The translations under genes were made by a program, and so were the position numbers. From positions 1-54,317 of the IMG/VR virus record IMGVR_UViG_3300045391_001808: 54,317 nucleotides of DNA; one strand, given 5' to 3'. The stretch is from a virus. Shown piece after piece: positions 49,777-54,317 of this stretch. Each line of letters opens with the position of its first letter. The stretch's first letter is position 1. The notes beneath the pieces are model-generated. The model had not been told where the DNA came from. It saw only the letters and a list, made by a program, of their open reading frames with translations, and did not search any database.

Positions 49777-49903
49777 GAATCACGCCACGCTTGCTGCGGT
49801 CCTTGCAAGCCTAGTGTTCGGGGTACTACTCGCGATAGCCGGCGCCGCCGTGCACAACTTACACCACCAAGAAAAAGCGAGCACCAGCAATGCAGCGCAC
49901 TAG
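49763..49903 (+). CDS. very small single-TM protein
   Basis: 46 aa (MTLNRNHATLAAVLASLVFGVLLAIAGAAV...), below the ORF-track cutoff. It overlaps both neighbours. Confidence 0.3.
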   Translation: MTLNRNHATLAAVLASLVFGVLLAIAGAAVHNLHHQEKASTSNAAH

Positions 49904-50396
49904 GTTCTGGGTAGCCATTGGATGCTTCGCACTCACCGGCCTGTTCGCAGGAGTGCTGTGGGTGTACGCCTCGCGCCTTGCTGAGGCCGATATACGAATT
50001 CACCAGATCCTGGACAACACTCCGAACTCGCTCATCATCTGTAATAAGAAGAACTCGGTAGTGTACATGAACCCACAGGCTACGCGCCTGACAGGGTACA
50101 CACTTGCCGACCTGCAATCTGGCGGGCTCGAGCTCATCGTACCGGATGAGTGGGCTGACGCACACCGCGAGGGCATCGACTCGGTCGCCGGTAAGTACGA
50201 CAGGAACCACTACCAGACGCCTCACAGACACCTGTCAAAGATAATGGCAGTCAAGTGCCGGGACGGAAAGCTCGTCAGAGCGTCGATCACCGTCGTGTCT
50301 ATCGTCATGGCGGACGGACTCGAGTTCTTTGCCTGGATCACACCACTGCCCAAGGAAGACCTGACCGGAGACCTCCCACCTCGGAAGTTCAAATGA
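49890..50396 (+). CDS. membrane-anchored PAS domain protein
   Basis: The N-terminal TM segment is FWVAIGCFALTGLFAGVLWVY. A PAS-like core follows: ILDNTPNSLIICNKKNSVVYMNPQATRLTGYTLADLQ...VKCRDGKLVRASITVVSI. Confidence 0.65.
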   Translation: MQRTRFWVAIGCFALTGLFAGVLWVYASRLAEADIRIHQILDNTPNSLIICNKKNSVVYMNPQATRLTGYTLADLQSGGLELIVPDEWADAHREGIDSVAGKYDRNHYQTPHRHLSKIMAVKCRDGKLVRASITVVSIVMADGLEFFAWITPLPKEDLTGDLPPRKFK

Positions 50397-53300
50397 AGAA
50401 GCTAGCTCTCCTGCTCATGTTCGTATGCCAGGTCGCACGCGGGCAGGGCAACCCTCGGAACCTGACTGTCACCGAGGCGCTACGACTGCCGTCGATCCCG
50501 TCGCTGACCCTGCAGACGCAAGCAGACGGGCGCGTCGTGGGCGTGTCGCAGTCGGGGTTCCTCGACCAGATCGGTAACGCCCAGGGCAGCATCATATACC
50601 GAAGCGCCACGGGCTGGGTATCGCTGTCGCCCGGAACGAACGGACAGTACCTCAAGACACAGGGCGCGTCTGCCAATCCCGTGTGGGCTACAGTCTCTGG
50701 AGGTAGCGGGAGCGGCGACCTCCTGTCGACGAACAACCTGTCTGACCTGACGAACTTCACCACAGCACGCAGCAACTTAGGCCTCGCGATCGGCACCAAC
50801 GTGCAGGCCCACGACAACGACCTCGACACGTGGGCGACGCTCACACCGTCGTCGTTCTTCCAGACGCTGGTCGACGACGCGAACGCTGCGGCCGCCCGTA
50901 CGACGCTTGGCCTCGTGATCGGCACTGATGTGCTGGCACCGAATGGCAGCGGCTCGTCGCTCACCGCGCTCAACGCGAGCAACTTGAGTAGCGGCTCAGT
51001 CCCTAACGCCAGACTCGACAGTGACCTACAGATATACGCTGGGATCACTCCCTCGGCGAACGTACAGAGCCTGCTGGGTGCGGCAGACTATTCCGCCATG
51101 CGAACTCTACTGTCACTGGTTGCTGGAACTGACGTACAGGGCTACGACCCCGACTTACAGTCGTGGAAGGACGTAACCCGTGCGACTGGCTTCGATACTT
51201 TCACAGCAGCGCCGAGCAGTGCCAACGCCGCTTCGATGCTCACTGACGAGATCGGTAGCGGGGGTAGTGCTAAGCTGCTGTTCGGAGACCAGGCGGTAAG
51301 CGTGGCGTCGAACGTGACGCACGGGAACATTACCGCTAGCGGTAAAGTAGTTCTATCACCTGCGACGAGTGATGCCGATAAGACGCTGTTGAGCTTTACG
51401 CCCGAAGCTGCAACCGCTTCTCAGTTCGGCATGCGCACGTGGAAGGCTCATTTCGACGACGGGCAGCCGGACGACAACATTGTCATTATGGGCTGGAATC
51501 GTGGCCCTGGTGGTGGCGATCAGCGAATCAAGACAGATCGTGGCGCAATCTGGATGCAATTCGAGGATTTTGCTTCACTGACTGACCCAGACACATTGAT
51601 CACGTCACATGTAAACGAGTGGCACGTCGACTGGATGGCTATCGATGGGTCTGAACGCCGGCCATATTTTGCAACTGGTAATGAAGATACTGGAGCGCTA
51701 ACGGTCGTTTCACAATCATCAGAGTATCAATTTTTGAATTTCACTGGCCTGAGTGATACGCCAACTCTGATCTGCAAGGTTGAGGCCGGAGGATTTAAGG
51801 TGTACGGCTCGGCAACTGCCACGCTTACGTGTGCCGGAACGCAGAACCAGAACCTAATCACTTCTCTAAATACCACTGACGGTTCGAATCTCTACCTGTC
51901 CAACGCCGACGCGCGTGCTGCTGTCTACAACAGCGGCAATAAGCCACTCTGGCTTTCGTGTAATGACGGCAGTGGTGCTACGTTCCAGCTTAGCAGCGGG
52001 ACTAACAAAGACGTTGAGATTGCGTCGACTGGTGGCTACTGCATCGGAGGAACTAGCACTGATGGAACATGGCGGCCACTGCGGTCTAGCAATGACCTAG
52101 TCTTCCAGCGGCGCGAGTCGGGGAGCTACGTCACGAAAGCCACTATCACGAGCAGCGGCAATGTGACGGTAGCTGACCAAGCTTATGGAAGCGGCTGGAA
52201 TGGTGACCCCAGCGTACCGACTAAGAACGCAGTCTACGATAAGATCGAATCGCTCAGCATTGGGGGCTTCGACTCTACTGCTGTCGTCGGCTCAAAAACC
52301 TGGGGTGACGGGTCGACGGACACTATCGTCTGGACGTTCAATCGTGCGACCGGCACAGACCCGACCATCACGTTCAACAGTGGCTCGGTAGGCTTCCAGG
52401 CGATCACACTCAGCAGTGCGCTGGCCGTGTCGAGTGGCGGCACTGGGATCACATCGTTCGGCACTGGCGTGGCTGGAGCACTCGGGCAAGCAGTCACAGG
52501 CAGCAACTCGATCGTGCTGTCGACCTCTCCCACGATCACAACTCCTCGCACGCTGGGCCAGGTGACTCTTACTGCTTCTGGCGGCGGCTCGTCAGAAGGA
52601 ATGACGATACAGCACAGTTTGAACGAGGTAGCGCTCGCAGGCTACCAGGGGACGGAGGTGCTGTCGATCAGCGGCTTCGACGGTGTCAGCTTCGGTGGGA
52701 TGAACTTAAGCGACGCGAACGATCTCAGTCTGGCCGGCGGGCTGACAGCCGCGTCCGTGGGTTCTGACGATATCACGTCTATCGACATCGAGGCCACAGG
52801 ACAGCTCAAGGGCGGCGACGGCGTGTACTTGCTCGACGCTGCTACTGCGAACTACCTACTGCTCAAGTCGTCAGAATCGCTGGGAGCAGCTCGCACTCTG
52901 GACTTCAAAGTGAACGGTGCGAACAGGACTATCAACCTGAGCGGTAACCTGATCGTCACTGGCTCGGGCACGCTCAACATCACCAGCGGTAAGACGCTGA
53001 ACGTTAGCAACACGCTCACCTTCACGGGCACAGACTCATCATCGGTGGCGTTTGGGGCGGGCGGGACGGTTGCCTATACAAATGTAGCCTCGCTGTCATC
53101 GCTCACGACTGTAGGCACGCTAGCCGCTGGAAATGCTACTGCAATCGTCGACGCAGCTAGTACTTCCGCAGCAGGGAAAGCAGAGATTGCCACAAGCGCC
53201 GAAACTACTACTGGCAGCGACACCGGCCGAGTTATCAGCCCCGATAGTCTGCGCGGGAGTGATTACGGTAAGCGAGTTGCCGCAGCCTATATCAGCGGCA

Positions 53301-53656
53301 TACTGACGACCGGCGACGGAAAACTTTACTTACGAATTCCATCGTCGATGAACGGCTGGAATCTCGTCAGCGTGGCGGCTGATGTAGTGACCAAGTCAAC
53401 CAGTGGCACGCCGACTTTTATGATCTCGCGAGGACGTGAATCGAATGCCACAACGGCTCACAGCTTCGTTGATATGCTTACTACGGCATTAACGATCGAC
53501 GCCAACGAATTCGACTCGCAAAATGCCACCACAGCTGCTGTGATTGATACGAGCAATGACGACGTGAACACCGGCGACCTGATTCGGATCGACATTGATA
53601 CCGCTGGCACTGGTACAGCGGATGCAACCTTTAGCCTTCAATTCCAGAAACCGTAA
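50393..53656 (+). CDS. tail fibre protein
   Basis: 1087 aa from ATG 50393 (ATGA overlap). It has repeated ARxxLGL-IGTxVQxxDxDL modules, a long Gly/Ser/Thr-rich beta-type sequence, and a signal-peptide-like N-terminus MKKLALLLMFVCQVARG. Confidence 0.75.
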   Translation: MKKLALLLMFVCQVARGQGNPRNLTVTEALRLPSIPSLTLQTQADGRVVGVSQSGFLDQIGNAQGSIIYRSATGWVSLSPGTNGQYLKTQGASANPVWATVSGGSGSGDLLSTNNLSDLTNFTTARSNLGLAIGTNVQAHDNDLDTWATLTPSSFFQTLVDDANAAAARTTLGLVIGTDVLAPNGSGSSLTALNASNLSSGSVPNARLDSDLQIYAGITPSANVQSLLGAADYSAMRTLLSLVAGTDVQGYDPDLQSWKDVTRATGFDTFTAAPSSANAASMLTDEIGSGGSAKLLFGDQAVSVASNVTHGNITASGKVVLSPATSDADKTLLSFTPEAATASQFGMRTWKAHFDDGQPDDNIVIMGWNRGPGGGDQRIKTDRGAIWMQFEDFASLTDPDTLITSHVNEWHVDWMAIDGSERRPYFATGNEDTGALTVVSQSSEYQFLNFTGLSDTPTLICKVEAGGFKVYGSATATLTCAGTQNQNLITSLNTTDGSNLYLSNADARAAVYNSGNKPLWLSCNDGSGATFQLSSGTNKDVEIASTGGYCIGGTSTDGTWRPLRSSNDLVFQRRESGSYVTKATITSSGNVTVADQAYGSGWNGDPSVPTKNAVYDKIESLSIGGFDSTAVVGSKTWGDGSTDTIVWTFNRATGTDPTITFNSGSVGFQAITLSSALAVSSGGTGITSFGTGVAGALGQAVTGSNSIVLSTSPTITTPRTLGQVTLTASGGGSSEGMTIQHSLNEVALAGYQGTEVLSISGFDGVSFGGMNLSDANDLSLAGGLTAASVGSDDITSIDIEATGQLKGGDGVYLLDAATANYLLLKSSESLGAARTLDFKVNGANRTINLSGNLIVTGSGTLNITSGKTLNVSNTLTFTGTDSSSVAFGAGGTVAYTNVASLSSLTTVGTLAAGNATAIVDAASTSAAGKAEIATSAETTTGSDTGRVISPDSLRGSDYGKRVAAAYISGILTTGDGKLYLRIPSSMNGWNLVSVAADVVTKSTSGTPTFMISRGRESNATTAHSFVDMLTTALTIDANEFDSQNATTAAVIDTSNDDVNTGDLIRIDIDTAGTGTADATFSLQFQKP

Positions 53657-53660
53657 ATCC

Positions 53661-54317
53661 ATGAAGCGATTAGCGATTATCTTTTGGTTGTGTGCGAGCT
53701 TCTGCAATGCGGCAATCACAGTAGTCAGCAGCGCGACCGCTGGCAGTAGTGACCGCTTGGTTGTCACAACGTCGGCGATTGACACAACTGGAGCAACGTT
53801 ATTTGTTGTTGCTACCGGCATGTTTCCTGGCTCGGGCGGTGGGTTTACGTTGTCTGATTCGCAGACCAATACATGGACTGCACTGACGGCGCAGACGAAC
53901 ACTGTGCAATCTCGTCTGTACTATTGCGCATCGCCGTCTACATCTGCGTCTCACACGTTTACGCTCACCAACACAAACTCCAACAATGAATATCCATCTA
54001 TTGCAGTCGTGGCATTCAGCGGAACCGCTGCATCGCCATTCGATCTGCAGGGAGGCGCAACGGCAACATCGACAAGCATTCAGCCAGGCAGCTTGACGCC
54101 TAGCGAAAATAATTGCGTTGTTGTTACAGGGATCTCGGGCGAAAGCGGTGCATCTACGCTATCGGTGTCTGCTGGATGGACGAAAGTGGCTACGGTCTAC
54201 GGCGCAGGTGCACACGAGGCTGGATGCTTGGCCTACAAAATTCAAACAAGCGCCTCCGCAGAAAATCCAACCTGGACTCCGGCGAGTAGCACACAATTAG
54301 CTGCAACCATTGCCTCA
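53661..54317 (+). CDS. 5' part of wrap-around ORF; putative tail-associated/receptor-binding accessory protein
   Basis: ATG 53661 lies 5 nt after the fibre stop and the ORF is open to the window end. The N-terminus MKRLAIIFWLCASFCNA parallels that of the fibre. It continues in frame at bases 70-195 on the circular map. Confidence 0.6.
   Translation, partial: MKRLAIIFWLCASFCNAAITVVSSATAGSSDRLVVTTSAIDTTGATLFVVATGMFPGSGGGFTLSDSQTNTWTALTAQTNTVQSRLYYCASPSTSASHTFTLTNTNSNNEYPSIAVVAFSGTAASPFDLQGGATATSTSIQPGSLTPSENNCVVVTGISGESGASTLSVSAGWTKVATVYGAGAHEAGCLAYKIQTSASAENPTWTPASSTQLAATIAS
54249..54317. repeat. terminal direct repeat, second copy
   Basis: Identical to bases 1-69. Confidence 0.9.

Noticed and set aside
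1-54317. Lysogeny module, diversity-generating retroelement, toxin-antitoxin or other known defence or mobile systems.
   Set aside because: I recognised no integrase, recombinase, CI/Cro-like repressor, reverse transcriptase or transposase motif in any frame. The only mobile element supported is the intein in the polymerase gene.

Overview
The window is essentially one complete, visibly GC-rich tailed-phage genome closed as a circle. Bases 1-69 repeat at 54249-54317 (unit 54248 bp), and one ORF reads in frame across that junction. Every convincing gene is on the + strand, and most are translationally coupled (ATGA/TGATG overlaps). There are three blocks. (i) Virion/lysis block, 42693 -> end -> 14160: TerL, portal, papain-like peptidase, lipoprotein, lysis-type membrane proteins, a membrane PAS protein, a 1087-aa tail fibre, MuF-like protein, Mu-I-like protease/scaffold, lambda-D-like decoration protein, lambda-E-like major capsid, tail tube, G/GT chaperones with a candidate -1 frameshift, tape measure, a Cys-rich tail-end protein and a GT25::sulfotransferase fusion. 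(ii) Early/DNA-metabolism block, 14138-37438, driven by near-consensus sigma70 promoters and a repeated leader cassette. It holds an SNF2 helicase, an SSB-like protein, a tRNA-like element, a DnaG-primase::MCM-like helicase, MazG, a C5-MTase-fold protein, a ThyA-family enzyme with the cytosine-type Asp, a dNMP kinase, and a family A DNA polymerase split by an HNH intein. It also holds a ligase, a UDG-like protein, a sugar kinase/HAD/nucleotidyltransferase/glycosyltransferase set, VRR-NUC and ThyX. (iii) Regulatory/late-switch block, 37435-42696: a consensus promoter, a ~290-nt structured leader with (TAC)9, three zinc-ribbon modules, an ECF-like sigma factor, a sulfotransferase, a SAM methyltransferase, a GT-like protein and a ParB-like protein. 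I saw no integrase, repressor, CRISPR or rRNA. The best leads are a candidate cytosine hypermodification pathway coupled to a phage-encoded nucleotide-sugar/glycosyltransferase (and sulfotransferase) set, the structured (TAC)9 leader upstream of the Zn-ribbon/sigma operon, the conserved early-gene leader cassette, the PolA intein, the primase::MCM fusion and the PAS protein in the lysis region. All functional calls come from motif recognition by eye on the supplied translations. No database search or folding program was run.
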